Shown: in pieces, positions 20,753-32,700 of the stretch
Position numbering within the stretch: the stretch's first letter is position 1
Layout: each line of letters begins with the position of its first letter
Assembly (NCBI GenBank): GCA_963755915.1
Contig: CAVWLP010000003.1
Location: 384,001-448,000 of the forward strand
DNA: 64,000 nucleotides
Reading direction: 5' to 3'
Source: an uncultured Phycisphaerales bacterium
GTDB lineage: Bacteria > Planctomycetota > Phycisphaerae > Tepidisphaerales > Tepidisphaeraceae
Translations under genes and position numbers: made by a program
Notes under the pieces: generated by a model
What the model was told of the DNA's origin: nothing
The model's database searches: none
The model's input: only the letters and a program-made list of their open reading frames with translations

Positions 20753-22237
20753 ATGCACCGCCGACTGATCCAGATCGTCCAGCAGCTCCCGGCAAGCAGG
20801 GTCGTGCTTGTGGGGGACCTCATGCTGGACAAATACCTTTACGGCAACGCCGAGCGAGTTTCGCCCGAGGCGCCGGTCCTGGTGCTCCATTATCAGAATG
20901 AGGAGCTGCGGCTGGGGGGGGCGGCCAATGTGGCTTCGATGCTGGCGACGCTGAACGCCAGGGTGAGGGCGATCGGGTTGGTTGGCAAAGATCAAAACGC
21001 CCAGGACCTGCGGCAGTTGATGCAGGGGATCGGAGTAGACCACAGCCTGCTGGTCGTCGATGAGAACCGCCCCACCACCTGCAAGCTTCGGCTCGTGGGG
21101 GCGGCGCAGCATCGCCATGCCCAGCAGCTCATGCGGCTGGATTATGAAAATCCCTCGGCCTGCTCCGATGCTTTGGCCTCCAAAATCCTCGCCAGCGCGG
21201 AGCAGGCGATTGGCGACTGCAACATGGTCTGTATCGAGGATTACAACAAGGGAACGCTAACGCCCAAGGTTTGCCAGGGGGTTATCGCGGCGGCGAAGCG
21301 CAAAGGGGTGCCGATATTGGTCGATCCGGCTTCGATCGGGGATTACTCAAAATATGCCGGGGCGACGGCGATCAAGCTCAATCGGGCGGAAACGAGCCGG
21401 GCGTGCGGGCACCCGGTGGAGGGGCCGAACGATTTTGAGCCGGCGGCGGAGAAGCTGCTCAACATGCTGAACCTCGAAGCCGCGATTCTTACGCTGGATC
21501 GCGACGGGGCTTTTCTTGCCACGCGCGATGGGAAGCGGCAGTGGCTCAAGCACGTTCGTCAACGGCAGGTGTTTGATGCGACCGGGGCGGGCGACATGGT
21601 ATTGGCAATGCTGGCCGCGGCGCGGGCGGCGGGGGCAAGTTGGACGGAGGCGGTGGCGCTGGGGAACGTGGCGGCGGGGCTGGAGGTGGAGCGATTTGGG
21701 ACGGTGCCGATTACTCCCGGCGAAATTATCCAGGAAATCCAGGCGGAGGCGCATGAGCCGCCCTCGAAGCTGCGGTCGCTCGATCTGCTTCTGCCGGAGC
21801 TGGCGGCGCATCGGGCGTCGGGGAAGAAGATCGTCTTTACCAACGGGTGTTTCGATCTGATCCATCTGGGGCATGTGAAATATTTCCAGTTTGCCCGGCA
21901 ACAGGGGGACCTGCTGGTGGTCGGCGTGAATACGGATGAGGGGATTCGCCGGCTTAAGGGGCCGAAGCGGCCGATTATTTCGCAAGTCGATCGGCTGGGG
22001 GTTTTGGAGGAGCTTCAGAGCATCGATTACCTGGTTTGTTTTGATGAAGACACGCCGCAGAAACTGATCGAGCAGATTCGGCCCGATGTCCTGGTGAAGG
22101 GGGCGGATTATCCGAAGGATAAGGTGGTGGGGTGGGATGTGGTGGAATCGTATGGGGGTCATGTGCAGCTTGCTCCACTGGTGGATGGGAAGAGCACGAC
22201 TGCCGTCATTCAGCGAATTCTGGAAAATTATCGCTGA
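20753..22237 (+). CDS. hldE: Bifunctional heptose-7-phosphate kinase / heptose-1-phosphate adenylyltransferase
   Basis: GDLMLD..SPEAPV, GGAANVA, DATGAGD, FTNGCFDLIHLGH, LVKGADY. Confidence 0.95.
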   Translation: MHRRLIQIVQQLPASRVVLVGDLMLDKYLYGNAERVSPEAPVLVLHYQNEELRLGGAANVASMLATLNARVRAIGLVGKDQNAQDLRQLMQGIGVDHSLLVVDENRPTTCKLRLVGAAQHRHAQQLMRLDYENPSACSDALASKILASAEQAIGDCNMVCIEDYNKGTLTPKVCQGVIAAAKRKGVPILVDPASIGDYSKYAGATAIKLNRAETSRACGHPVEGPNDFEPAAEKLLNMLNLEAAILTLDRDGAFLATRDGKRQWLKHVRQRQVFDATGAGDMVLAMLAAARAAGASWTEAVALGNVAAGLEVERFGTVPITPGEIIQEIQAEAHEPPSKLRSLDLLLPELAAHRASGKKIVFTNGCFDLIHLGHVKYFQFARQQGDLLVVGVNTDEGIRRLKGPKRPIISQVDRLGVLEELQSIDYLVCFDEDTPQKLIEQIRPDVLVKGADYPKDKVVGWDVVESYGGHVQLAPLVDGKSTTAVIQRILENYR

Positions 22238-22390
22238 AAATCGCCCGCCAAAATGTCTTGTCTGCGCTGAATTTGGCATGATTTTGGGGCTTGTAAAGCC
22301 AAATTGGCCGGTTGTGGCCGATTGGCCCGCTATGTGCTTTGGGAGGGGTAGCTATAATCATTTTTTGAACACTCTCGAAAGGAGCTATCG

Positions 22391-22699
22391 ATGTCACGTA
22401 CACACACACACCATGCGTCAAACGGTCCGGGTCACGGCTCTGCTACCGATGACCTCAAGGACAAGGCCGGCAAAGTCGGGCAGGACCTGAAGGACGTCGC
22501 GGGCGCGGTGCGCGACGTAGCGGGAGAACAGTACGAAAATGTGCGCCAGCGGGCTGCCGATTACGTCGAGCAGGGCCGCGAGCGGGTCATGGAATGGGAA
22601 GAGGGGATCGAAGGATACATCAAGGACAATCCCATCCGTTCGCTGCTGATCGCCGGCGGAGTAGGATTGCTCGTCGGGCTGATCTGGCGACGCAAATGA
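22391..22699 (+). CDS. DUF883/ElaB/YqjD-family tail-anchored protein
   Basis: Helical N-terminus and YIKDNPIRSLLIAGGVGLLVGLIWRRK tail. Confidence 0.88.
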   Translation: MSRTHTHHASNGPGHGSATDDLKDKAGKVGQDLKDVAGAVRDVAGEQYENVRQRAADYVEQGRERVMEWEEGIEGYIKDNPIRSLLIAGGVGLLVGLIWRRK

Positions 22700-22725
22700 T
22701 TTTGGGCAAGTAATCTTGGGCGAAT

Positions 22726-23295
22726 ATGGAAATGGATTCGGAAGGCAGGAATCCGACCTGGTCGGTCGCTGATGCGGCCGGGGCGTCCCCGCCTTCCGAA
22801 TCCCACCGGTCGCAGGCCAAACCGCCCCCACCGCCGCCTTCGCCCGATAAGGACCGGCGGTCGACCGAAGAAGTCATCTCCGATCTGCATCTTCGATTTC
22901 GCGAGCTGGTTGATTACGTCGTTTATTTCCTGATGACGCGAATCGACGCCGCGAGACATTACGTTAAACAAAAGATTCTGTGGCTCTCGCTGATCGCCCT
23001 GGGCGTGCTTGCGGGCGCTGGGGCCGTCGTAACGGCCGTGGTTCTGCTTTGCACGGGAATCGCGGATGGGCTTTCGGCCCTCTTCGGGCGCGTCTGGGCG
23101 GGGGAGCTGGCGACGGGTGTTATCCTGCTCGGTGTCACCGGTTTTTTGGGATCCTATGCGTTTGAGCGGCTGGTTAAACAATCGCATCAGGAGCGGATCG
23201 CAAAATATGAGGCCTTCCGCGCCCGATTTCGGGAGAGATATGGCCATGACATTGACGACCCCGGAGGTCCGCAGCAAAGAGGGGGCGGGCAATGA
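22726..23295 (+). CDS. Two-TM membrane protein (YqjE/holin-like position)
   Basis: Two hydrophobic helices; follows the DUF883 gene. Confidence 0.65.
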   Translation: MEMDSEGRNPTWSVADAAGASPPSESHRSQAKPPPPPPSPDKDRRSTEEVISDLHLRFRELVDYVVYFLMTRIDAARHYVKQKILWLSLIALGVLAGAGAVVTAVVLLCTGIADGLSALFGRVWAGELATGVILLGVTGFLGSYAFERLVKQSHQERIAKYEAFRARFRERYGHDIDDPGGPQQRGGGQ

Positions 23296-23708
23296 ATGAA
23301 GCCGAATTCCTGAACCAGGAATGTAAGCGGGCGGAGGGGGCGATAAAGGTCACCGCCATGGCCCTTGGACATGAGGCGATGGAGATCGTCGACCCCCGGC
23401 GGTTGACGCGCGAGCATCCCTGGAAGCTGGTGGCGGTCGCGGCGGCGGCGGGATTTGTGGCCAGCAGGCTCTTTACCGCCGAAGAGCCGCAGGGGCCGGA
23501 AATTCGCGACAAACCGGCCCCCCGCAAGAAGCTGTTTACGCTGAGCCGCATCTTTGCCGTCTCGCGGGAGCTGCTGACGGTGGCCCGTCCCATCATCGAT
23601 ACCGTGTGGGCAGCGGCACTTGCCGCCGCCGAGGGGCAACACGGCAACGGGGAGCATCTTTCCCAAACCCCCAGCAATCAACCGCCCGATTTTCCTTCCC
23701 AATCCTGA
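23292..23708 (+). CDS. Hypothetical protein (third gene of a yqjDEK-like cluster)
   Basis: ATGA overlap; REHPWKLVAVAAAAGFV motif. Confidence 0.65.
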   Translation: MNEAEFLNQECKRAEGAIKVTAMALGHEAMEIVDPRRLTREHPWKLVAVAAAAGFVASRLFTAEEPQGPEIRDKPAPRKKLFTLSRIFAVSRELLTVARPIIDTVWAAALAAAEGQHGNGEHLSQTPSNQPPDFPSQS

Positions 23709-23864
23709 ATTGCCGGTCCTGCTTACCTGCCTTTCCACCGCGGCGGTCGCCAACGGTGTTACGAGAGTGAATTTTAGTTGGCCCCCTGATCCGTTCGCGG
23801 TAATCTGAGCGTGAACCCGAAGTTCCCCGCTCCCGGGATGCCTTTCGCTAACGCTGGACAAAAC

Positions 23865-24083
23865 ATGATTCGCGCAATCCGTCGATTAATCGCAGTGGGA
23901 TTTGTTGTATCCATGGTGGCGGCGCCTTTGGGGATTTGCGGGGACAATTCTGCCAACCCTCAGAAACATGCAACGCCCGGGGCGCAGGTTGCCAGCCGGT
24001 TGATCGAAGTGCGGCTTCGGCGATTGCACCTGGTTCGTCCGGATTTGATCCCCTACCCGATCGCCTACGAATTGATCTGCTGA
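23865..24083 (+). CDS. Small putative secreted protein
   Basis: Signal-peptide-like MIRAIRRLIAVGFVVSMVAAPLG; 3' end overlaps the convergent gene. Confidence 0.5.
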   Translation: MIRAIRRLIAVGFVVSMVAAPLGICGDNSANPQKHATPGAQVASRLIEVRLRRLHLVRPDLIPYPIAYELIC

Positions 24084-25297
24084 ACTCCGCCCATACTTTT
24101 CCGCAAACTTTGCGGTTGTCTCTTTTCCTTCATCGCGATGGCAATGTCGGCCAGGGCATCGGCCGCGAATTGCACGTCCTGGGGACTTAAGAAGGGTCCG
24201 AAACTGAGTCGATCCGTTCCACCACCGGCGGCGGTGCCGATGGCTTCATGCGCCAGCGGAGCGCAGTGAATTCCGGCGCGGGTGAGAATGCCGTAGCTCG
24301 ATTCGAGGACGGCGGCGAGTTCGTGGGGTTCGAGGCCCTGGACCGCGACCGAGAAAACACCGACGCGATTTTTTACGCCGCGCGGGCCGAAATAGGTGAG
24401 GCCGTCCACGTCGCTGATCCCGTCGATGAAGGTGCCGCACAGTTCCGTTTCGTGGCGAGCGATGTTTTCGATTCCACGATCAATGACCCATTGGACGCCT
24501 TCGGAAAGGCCGATAATTCCGATGGCGTTGTGGCTGCCGGGCTCGTATTTGTCGGGGAGGAAATCGGGCTGGCGATCGCTTTCGCTGATCGAGCCGGTGC
24601 CCCCTTCGCGGATGGTTTGGACGAGCTTTTCCATGCCGGGGCGGAGGTAGAGGAACCCTGTGCCGAGCGGGCCGAAGAGGCCTTTGTGTCCCGGCGCGGC
24701 CAGGAGATCGATGCAGTCGGCCTGCACGTCGATCGAAACGTGCCCGGCGGATTGGGCGGCGTCGACCAGCAGGGGAATGCCCCGCGAGCGGGCGATTTTG
24801 CCGATCTCGCGGATCGGCTGAAGCGTGCCCGTCACGTTGCTGGCGTGGGTGAGGGCGATCAATCTTGTATCGGAGCGAATGGCTTTGGCGATGGCGTCGG
24901 GATCGACCAGGCCGGTCTTGGGGTCGATCGGGATTCGTGTTTGCTCGATGCGGCCTTCATCCGCCAGCGCGTTCAACGGGCGGAGGATTGAATTGTGATC
25001 GATGCGCGTGCAAATCGCATGGGCCCGATCGGTGCGATGGAAAAGGCCCTTGATCGCCAGGTTCAGCGCATCCGAGCAGTTGAGGGTAAAGATGAAGTGG
25101 TCGGGATTTTCACCGTTGAAGAACCGATTGAGCCGCTCGCGGCAGCCGCGGAGAAGCGCGCCCGTTTCCATCGCTTCGCGATAGGCGCCGCGGCCGGCGC
25201 GATCGCCCAGTTCGGTCGCATAGCGCGACATCGCTTCCAGAACCTCCTTCGGTTTGGGGAAGCTGGTGGCGGCGTTGTCGAGGTACAGACGGTTCAT
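24065..25297 (-). CDS. Cysteine desulfurase-like class V aminotransferase
   Basis: YLDNAATSFPKP, HASNVTG, DAAQSAG, PGHKGLFGP, RAGIHCAP. Confidence 0.92.
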   Translation of the reverse strand: MNRLYLDNAATSFPKPKEVLEAMSRYATELGDRAGRGAYREAMETGALLRGCRERLNRFFNGENPDHFIFTLNCSDALNLAIKGLFHRTDRAHAICTRIDHNSILRPLNALADEGRIEQTRIPIDPKTGLVDPDAIAKAIRSDTRLIALTHASNVTGTLQPIREIGKIARSRGIPLLVDAAQSAGHVSIDVQADCIDLLAAPGHKGLFGPLGTGFLYLRPGMEKLVQTIREGGTGSISESDRQPDFLPDKYEPGSHNAIGIIGLSEGVQWVIDRGIENIARHETELCGTFIDGISDVDGLTYFGPRGVKNRVGVFSVAVQGLEPHELAAVLESSYGILTRAGIHCAPLAHEAIGTAAGGGTDRLSFGPFLSPQDVQFAADALADIAIAMKEKRQPQSLRKSMGGVQQINS

Positions 25298-25353
25298 GCT
25301 GTGGCCATTTTTTCTTCGCGGTGAATCATAGCCACTTCACAACGCAAATGTCA

Positions 25354-26076
25354 TTACCAGAATGCCCAGTCGTGGGTGGCCAGTACGTAAACGCCAAGCA
25401 GCAAGTTGGTAACGCCATGGGCGATAATGCAGGCGCCGAGGCTTCGGGTGCGAATGAGCAGCAGCGCAATCATGACGCCCCAGACGATGGCGGTGAGCCA
25501 TTGGATGTGGACGGTGGCGAAGGCGAGGGTGACGATGATGAAGGCCCGCCCGTCCCAGCCGCCGATAGGGAAGATTTTGAAATCGTTGGGGGCTGCGACA
25601 GTTCGCCACAGAAAATCGCGCCAGAAGAGCTCTTCCATGAAGGGGACAACGATCACCGGGCCCAGAAGCCGAAATGGGATGAAAATCCATAGCAGGGTGC
25701 GAGATTCGATATCGGCGAAGGGGTTGAAGATGTCGGAGCTGGGGCGGGGGTAGTTGGGCCAGAAATGGAGGAGGAGTTTTTCCATGCCGACCCATTGGAC
25801 GACACCGAGGACGCCGATGATGAGGCCGAGGATGGCGTAGTCCCAACTGATCTTCGTGTAATGTTTTCGAAAGGCGACGAGCAGCATGCCGGCCGCGAAG
25901 GTTTTCAGGATGTAGGACAACGGGAAAAACGAATGCCACTGGCCGGCGGCGAAGGTAAAGGCGAGGAAGACGGCCATGGGGAGCACATAGGCGCCTTCAT
26001 CGCCGATGCGGGATTTGCCTCCGGGCGCCGTTGGCGGGGTTTGATAATCGACAATCGGCGGCGGATCGGCCTCCAT
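25354..26076 (-). CDS. CAAX/CPBP intramembrane protease (exosortase-system-associated type)
   Basis: VVPFMEELFWR, FATVH, AHGVTNLLLG; multiple TMs. Confidence 0.85.
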   Translation of the reverse strand: MEADPPPIVDYQTPPTAPGGKSRIGDEGAYVLPMAVFLAFTFAAGQWHSFFPLSYILKTFAAGMLLVAFRKHYTKISWDYAILGLIIGVLGVVQWVGMEKLLLHFWPNYPRPSSDIFNPFADIESRTLLWIFIPFRLLGPVIVVPFMEELFWRDFLWRTVAAPNDFKIFPIGGWDGRAFIIVTLAFATVHIQWLTAIVWGVMIALLLIRTRSLGACIIAHGVTNLLLGVYVLATHDWAFW

Positions 26077-26109
26077 CGTGCGCATCTTAGCGGAAAGGGT
26101 TTGGGGATT

Positions 26110-26748
26110 CTAAGCGAGGCCGTGGAGCAGGTTTCGGGTGAGGATTTCTTTGACCTCGTCGATCGATGGGGCATTGTCGCCCAATATCTTTCGAACACTG
26201 GTGACGCCTCTGCCGGTAAGTCCGCAGGGGATGATGTGGGAGAAGCCGGATAAGTCACCCTCCACATTGAGAGCGAGGCCATGGAGGGAGATTCCGCGTC
26301 GGATTCGGACGCCGATTGCGCAGATCTTGGATTCGCCGACCCACACGCCTACGGCATTCGGATCGGTTGTGGCCTCGATGCCGATTCCTTTGAGCGTGGC
26401 GATGACGATCGCTTCCAGTCGGTGAACGTACCCCCCTACCGAAAACCCGTGCGAATTCAGGCGGATGATAGGGTAGGCAACGATCTGGCCTGGGCCGTGG
26501 AAGGTGATGTCGCCGCCGCGGTCGCTGTGGACCAGTTCTACGCCGTACGATTGCAACTGATCGGGGGGGGTGACGAGGTTTCGTATCGAGTCTTCCCGGC
26601 GGCCAAGGGTAACGACTGCGGGGTGCTGGACGAGGAGGATTGTTTCCGGGCCGCCACTTAGAACCGATTCGTGGATGCGCTCCTGCTCTTTCCACGCGTC
26701 GCGATAGGGCATGGTGCCGAGGTCGGTGACTTCGATCGTTTTTTCCAT
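26110..26748 (-). CDS. lipB: Octanoyltransferase
   Basis: HPAVVTLGR, DRGGDITFHGPGQIVAYP, KICAIG, HGLALN, IIPCG. Confidence 0.95.
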   Translation of the reverse strand: MEKTIEVTDLGTMPYRDAWKEQERIHESVLSGGPETILLVQHPAVVTLGRREDSIRNLVTPPDQLQSYGVELVHSDRGGDITFHGPGQIVAYPIIRLNSHGFSVGGYVHRLEAIVIATLKGIGIEATTDPNAVGVWVGESKICAIGVRIRRGISLHGLALNVEGDLSGFSHIIPCGLTGRGVTSVRKILGDNAPSIDEVKEILTRNLLHGLA

Positions 26749-26773
26749 TGCCAATTAACACTAGAATCTCCGC

Positions 26774-28026
26774 ATGCAATTGTCATCTTCCCAGGCGGAC
26801 GCGGATATTCGCAGACACCGCACGAGCGATGCCGTTGTGACGTTTCTGCGGCCGGACGGGAAGCCAGCAGTTGACCAGGAATTGATCGTCGAGCAGAAGT
26901 CGCACAAATTTCTTTTTGGCATCACCGGCGCCAGCGACATCGCGCTGGCCAATGGCGAACTGAGCGGGGAAGAAAATTGTGCGCAGAAGTTCACGCTGAA
27001 AAGCTTTTGCATCTTTTCAACTTTGTCACGCTTCCGTTTTATTGGGGGCGGTTTGAGCCGGAGCAGGGGAAGCCGGAGACGAAACGGCTGAAGGTCGCGG
27101 CGAAATTTTTTTTGGAGCGGGGGTGCCTCGTCAAAGGGCATCCGCTCTGCTGGCACACCGTCTGCGCCGACTGGCTGCTGCCGATGACGGTCGAGCAGAT
27201 CATCGAGACACAGCTTGGCCGGATCAGGCGGGAAGTAAACGATTTTTCCGGGCTGATTGACGTGTGGGACGTGATCAACGAAGTGGTGATCATGCCGATC
27301 TTCGATAAATACGACAACGCGGTGACGCGGATGTGCCGGAAGCTGGGGCGGATCGGGATGGTGCGGGAGACGTTCGCCGCGGCGCGGGCCACGAATCCGA
27401 ACTCGTTTCTGCTCCTGAACGATTTTGATCTGTCGGCCGCGTTCGAGTGTCTCATCGAAGGGTGCCTCGAGAATGGGATCAAGATCGATGCCCTGGGGCT
27501 TCAGTCGCATATGCACCAGGGGTACTGGGGAATCGAGAAGACGAACAATGTGCTGGAGCGGTATGCGCGGTATGGGCTGCCGCTGCATTTTACGGAGAGC
27601 ACGCTGGTTTCAGGGAAGATCATGCCGGCGGAGATTGTGGATCTGAATGATTACCAGGTGGCAGAGTGGCCGACGACCCCGGAGGGGGAAGCGCGGCATG
27701 CGGAGGAAGTGGTCACGCATTACAAGACGCTGATGGGGCATCCATCCGTGGAGGCGATCACCTGGTGGGGGCTGACGGATGGCGGGTGGCTGAAGGCGCC
27801 GTCGGGGCTGCTGCGCGTCGACAATTCCGCGAAGCCGGCGTATGAGGCGCTGGCGAATCTGGTGAAGCGCGACTGGTGGATGGGGCCGACGAAGATGCGG
27901 ACGGATGGGCGGGGGCAGCTTAAGTTCTCGGGATTCCTTGGTGAGTATGCTGCGAGGCATGATGCTGGAACTGCTTCGTTTGAATTGGGTCGGGGCGGGC
28001 CGTGGAATATTTCAGTGAGGCTGTGA
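26774..28026 (+). CDS. GH10 endo-1,4-beta-xylanase-like hydrolase, frameshift near 26980
   Basis: KGHPLCW, WDVINE, LLNDF, GLQSHMH, HFTE. Confidence 0.88.
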
Positions 28027-28156
28027 ATTCTTGCCCCGCGCCCCTTCAATACAAAACTTTACAGTCCGCGACAAGATGATATCACCGCGGGGGAATTCGA
28101 TCTTGAGCTGTTGATGGACCGCGAGCGTCCTTTCCGTGGGCGATTGGGTCCGAAGA

Positions 28157-28522
28157 TCATTTCTGGGAATCTCGAATGTCGGAGGAAGACTCGTCTGGCA
28201 GAGATTTTGGTTCGCTTGCGTTGCCCTCAGGAGAGTTTTGCGTTGTCGTGCCGGCCATGGCCAGCACAGCCAGCGCCCAGGCCGGGAACAGCTCCAAGGC
28301 CGGTATTGCCTCTACAGCGAGGGCGACAAAAAGCTGCCAGCGGAATCCGAGAACGAATAACAGGGCGGCGGCGGTGACTGCATCCAGCAGCCATTGCGCG
28401 GGCGGGAACAGCACCACACCGAACGCCAGCGCATCCGACGCGACTGCGATAAGCAGAGCCCAGCGCCAGCGGGGAAGTTTCCACGCCGTCATGAAATTTT
28501 GAATCAGTTTTGGCGACGACAT
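28157..28522 (-). CDS. Small hypothetical membrane protein
   Basis: Hydrophobic 121-aa ORF with EAIPALELFPAW motif. Confidence 0.65.
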   Translation of the reverse strand: MSSPKLIQNFMTAWKLPRWRWALLIAVASDALAFGVVLFPPAQWLLDAVTAAALLFVLGFRWQLFVALAVEAIPALELFPAWALAVLAMAGTTTQNSPEGNASEPKSLPDESSSDIRDSQK

Positions 28523-28537
28523 GCGGCAAATTGGAGG

Positions 28538-29209
28538 TTATGTCGAACGACGACGAGTGCGCCCGAGCAATGCCGCGGTGGTGACGGCCAACAGGCCGAT
28601 AGACGCCGGTTCGGGGACGGTGGCAGTAGCGGAAATGGCGAGGAGGCCGGATTCGACGGAGTCGCCATCCGCGGGGGCGGAGAAGATCACTTCCTGCGAT
28701 GAATCGGATTCGACGAGGATCTGGAAGAGGGTGGGGACGTCGAAGTCGACGGGGGTGAGAGTGGCGGAATTGTCGGCGAGGGTGGCGTCGATCTCGGCGG
28801 GACCGTCGGTGCCGAGCCAGATGTCGAAGAGGGCGGGCTCGCCGGCGGTGACTTCGTAGCCGTTGTCGAAGCCGACGTAAATCCAGGGGGTATTGGTGGC
28901 TTCGCCGGGGCTGTTGGTGCCGCCGTAAGTGGTGAATTGGGGAGCGTAGGACTGGGGGACGTCGAAGTAGGCCTCACTGTTCAGGTCGTCGGCGAAATAG
29001 GGCTCGGTAAAGTCGGAGTGATCGACATAGGTGACGTCCCACCCCAGATCGCTCTGGGTGGCGGCGGTTCCGTCGAAGGTGACGGAATCGGTGGAATCGA
29101 AGGGAGTGGCGGAGACTTCTTCGATATAGGCCGCCGAGGCCGATTGGGCGAGGGACAAAAGCAAAAGTCCTGCGGCGGTTGCCGCGGCCGAGACGAGATT
29201 TGACCGCAT
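28538..29209 (-). CDS. PEP-CTERM surface protein
   Basis: Signal peptide; C-terminal VPEPASIGLLAVTTAALLGRTRRR. Confidence 0.88.
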   Translation of the reverse strand: MRSNLVSAAATAAGLLLLSLAQSASAAYIEEVSATPFDSTDSVTFDGTAATQSDLGWDVTYVDHSDFTEPYFADDLNSEAYFDVPQSYAPQFTTYGGTNSPGEATNTPWIYVGFDNGYEVTAGEPALFDIWLGTDGPAEIDATLADNSATLTPVDFDVPTLFQILVESDSSQEVIFSAPADGDSVESGLLAISATATVPEPASIGLLAVTTAALLGRTRRRST

Positions 29210-29782
29210 TTTTTCGCTCTCCTTATGGAAATGTGGATTGCATTTGTATCGAAAGCATTCGATTCTGCGCCTGGGCTCCGGTAAACAGGCCACTAGTCGA
29301 GAGCGGGCGCGATTGCGCGGGGCAATTGCTCTGGCGGCCCTGGTGAAAGCCCTAAACGTGCGGCGGGAAAATAGCATGTTTCCGGTTGTTTCAAAGGATT
29401 TTTTTATCAGGTGCTTTGCGCGGCGGGCTGAGGCGCATTTCGTTTTAAGCAGGAAATTTGCCGTTTTTCGCACGTTTTGGGGGTGGTAAGCGGATTGGGT
29501 GGCTGGGAGCGACTTCGCGGTTTGCGACAAAGTGCGTCGTGAAAAAAGTCTATAAAATCTTCGGCGAATGCCCGCGCGGAGTTTGGCAGTAAGCGCCGTC
29601 CGCCCTCACCCCAGCCCTCTCCCAGAGGGGTGCGCCCCGCGTACTGGGAGAGGCGGAAAGCGGTGGATGCCGGGGCCAAGCTGTATTTGAATGCAAGTTA
29701 CAATCGGACTGAAAAAAATGCTCTGGCAGCGCCGGGACATGTGGTAGACTTTCCGCGCAACGGGACGGCGGGAGAGGACGCA

Positions 29783-32700
29783 ATGGACACGATTAAAGGG
29801 CGAGCGGAAGGTAAAAGGCGAGCGCGCGCGAGAATCGGACGTGCGGTGGGAGCGACAGTGGTGGGCATTGGGTTATCGCGGGCGGCGCTCGCGGTCGACT
29901 GGAACGGCACCGACCCAGGCAGCAGCGCAATCTCCACCACTGGGCTGACCGACAACTACGGCCAGTTCGTCGATGAATCGGTCATATACAACAACGACAT
30001 TGGCGCGAGGGGAACCTGCACATACCTGGGCAATGGATGGGTGCTCACAGCCCAGCACGTCGTGCAGAGCACCAACGGATACGGTACGTTTGCCCCGCTA
30101 AGCGATATTGAAGTCAACGTCTACGGAACCTACTACACCGCCGAATCCGAGGTGGGCTTCGGCAGCACCGACGCGATGCTCGTCCAACTCGCAGGCGCGA
30201 ATTCCGGGCCAATCACGCTTCTGCCCGGCGTGCAGCGAACGCAGATTTACACCGGCTCCAGCGAAAACGGCAATCTCGAGCAAGTCGGTGGCTTTGGCCT
30301 CTACGGCGAAATCAGCAGCGGCACCAATGGCACCAACACAACCTTTTACCGCGGCTTCAACGTCGCCTCTGCCGACGGAGGATTCATCGACGTCAACGCC
30401 GACGGCAATTCCAAGCTCGTCCAGGACGGATACGTCCTGGGATACCAGCAGGCCGGCGATAGCGGCAGCGGACTCTGGATGGACAATGGCCCCGACCAGG
30501 ATCTGAACCTCAATGACTGGTCGCTGATCGGGGTTTGCGATCAGGCGACGACGCCGGGATATTTCGGCGATGAGGGAAATTATTCGCGCGTCAGCAGTTT
30601 CGCCGGCACCATCGACAGCACCGTTTTCCCCCACGCCTGGCTGACCTGGAACGCCAACAACTCCACGACGACAGCCACGGATGGACCCGGGACCTGGAAC
30701 CTGAGCACCGCCAACTTCACCGATGGGACGAACTTTGCCTTCAACGGCCCCGAACAGACGCAGATCGTCACCTTCGGCGCCGGCAACGGGGCGGCGGGGA
30801 CGGTGACACTGGGGGCGACAATTCCCGTCGACTCGATCACATTCAATGCGGCGGGGAGCGGGAACTATACGATCGCGGGCGGCTCGGGCACTTCCCTGAA
30901 CTTGTCGCCCGACTCGATCATTACCACCAACGTGAACGCGACGATCAGCGCCGCGATGACGGGCGGCAGCAACTCCGACGAGGGATACGGCACCTTCCCC
31001 TCCTTCTGGAACGTCACCAAGAACGGCACCGCCACCCTCACCCTCACCGGCACGACATCGCTCGCTAGCGGCGTCGCTTTTTACGCCCGGGCGGGCACGA
31101 CTTTGCTTTCAAGCGGTAGCTTCGCGCCTGGCTTTTATACGTCGGTGGGCGTCTATACGGGCGACACCGCGACGCTCACGCTCAGCGGTAGCAGCACCTA
31201 CAGCGATGCCAGGCAGGATTTCAACCTCGCCGACCTGGGCGGCAATGGCACGCTGTACGTGCAGAACTCGGCATCGCTGACGGCGGGAACGATCTACGTC
31301 GGCAAGGGAAGCTCGGGACTGACAGGCGCGGGCGGGGTCGGCACGGTTAATCAGAGCGGCGGGACGGTCACGGCGTCGAGCATGTCGCTGGCTACAAATC
31401 ACCCGCTTAGCTCCGGGACGTACAATTTCAATGGCGGAAATCTCGTCACCGCCGCGATTACCGGCGGGCTGGGAACATCGACCTTCAATTTCAACGGCGG
31501 ACAGCTTGTGGCGTCGGCCAACTCGACGACCCTAATGCAAAACCTCACGAGTGCGACGATCAATGGGGCGGCGAACATTAATACCAACGGGTTTAACGTC
31601 ACGCTGAATCAGCCCCTGCTGCATTCCAACGCGGCGCCGACGATCGACGGTGGTTTATCCAAAGTTGGCGGCGGCACGCTGACGCTGGGGGGATTGAGCA
31701 CGTATACCGGGCCGACCGTTATCAGCGCGGGAACCGTGATGCTGAACCCCGCGGCCGGCGCGGCGGCGGTGGCGATTCAGCCGGTCGCGTCCTATTCCTT
31801 CGACAATGTCTCGGGGTCTACCGTCATCAACGGGGGGAGCGGCGGGTCGGCGATGAACGGGACACTGACGGGGAATGCGACCATCGTTTCCGGCGGAAGA
31901 TTCGGGAATGCGGTGAGCCTTTCCAACGGGGGGTCGGTTGTGGTGGACAATCCCATCACCGACACGGGAGGGGCGGCCAACTGGACGATTTCGGCATGGG
32001 TCAATACGACGACGCCGGGCGCTGCGATCATGGACAAAAGCGACGGCAGCACCTGGACCTGGGACAACAGCGTTTTTTACCTCGGCGACGGCAGCGCCGG
32101 CGGATCGGGCGGCACGCCGTCGGCCGTGCGATATGGGCGGGGGTTTTTCCAGGCGGCTTCGAATACGCCGGCGGTTGATAACGGGACGTGGCAGATGGTC
32201 ACCTATGTGGATGCCGCGGGGAATTATTCCATTTACACAGACGGTCATCAGGTCGCCCTGTCGAGCGGCAACGCCGGGTTCGAGCAGGCGGTGGAGCAGG
32301 GGAGCGTGGTTTCGTTCGGCATCACCACGGACTCGGTCGCGGGTGACGGAACGGTTGATTTCAACGGCATGATGGATGAGATCCAGATTTTTAGCCAGGC
32401 ATTGAGCCCGTCGCAGATCACCTCGCTCTATACGACGGATTCGCCGAATCCAGCGCCCGCGAGTTCGGTGCTTCCATCGACGACGTCGGTGACGTTGGCG
32501 GGTGGGACCACGCTGAACGTGAACGGAATCAGCCAGACGATCGGGTCGCTGAGCGGCTCAAGTGGATCGGTCGTGCAACTGGGGAGCGGACAACTGACGG
32601 TTTCGACCTCGTCGAGCAGCAGCTTTGCGGGAAGCATCAGCGGGACGGGCGGGTCGCTCATCAAGAGCGGCGGGGGAACGCTTTCGCTGAGCGGGTCGGA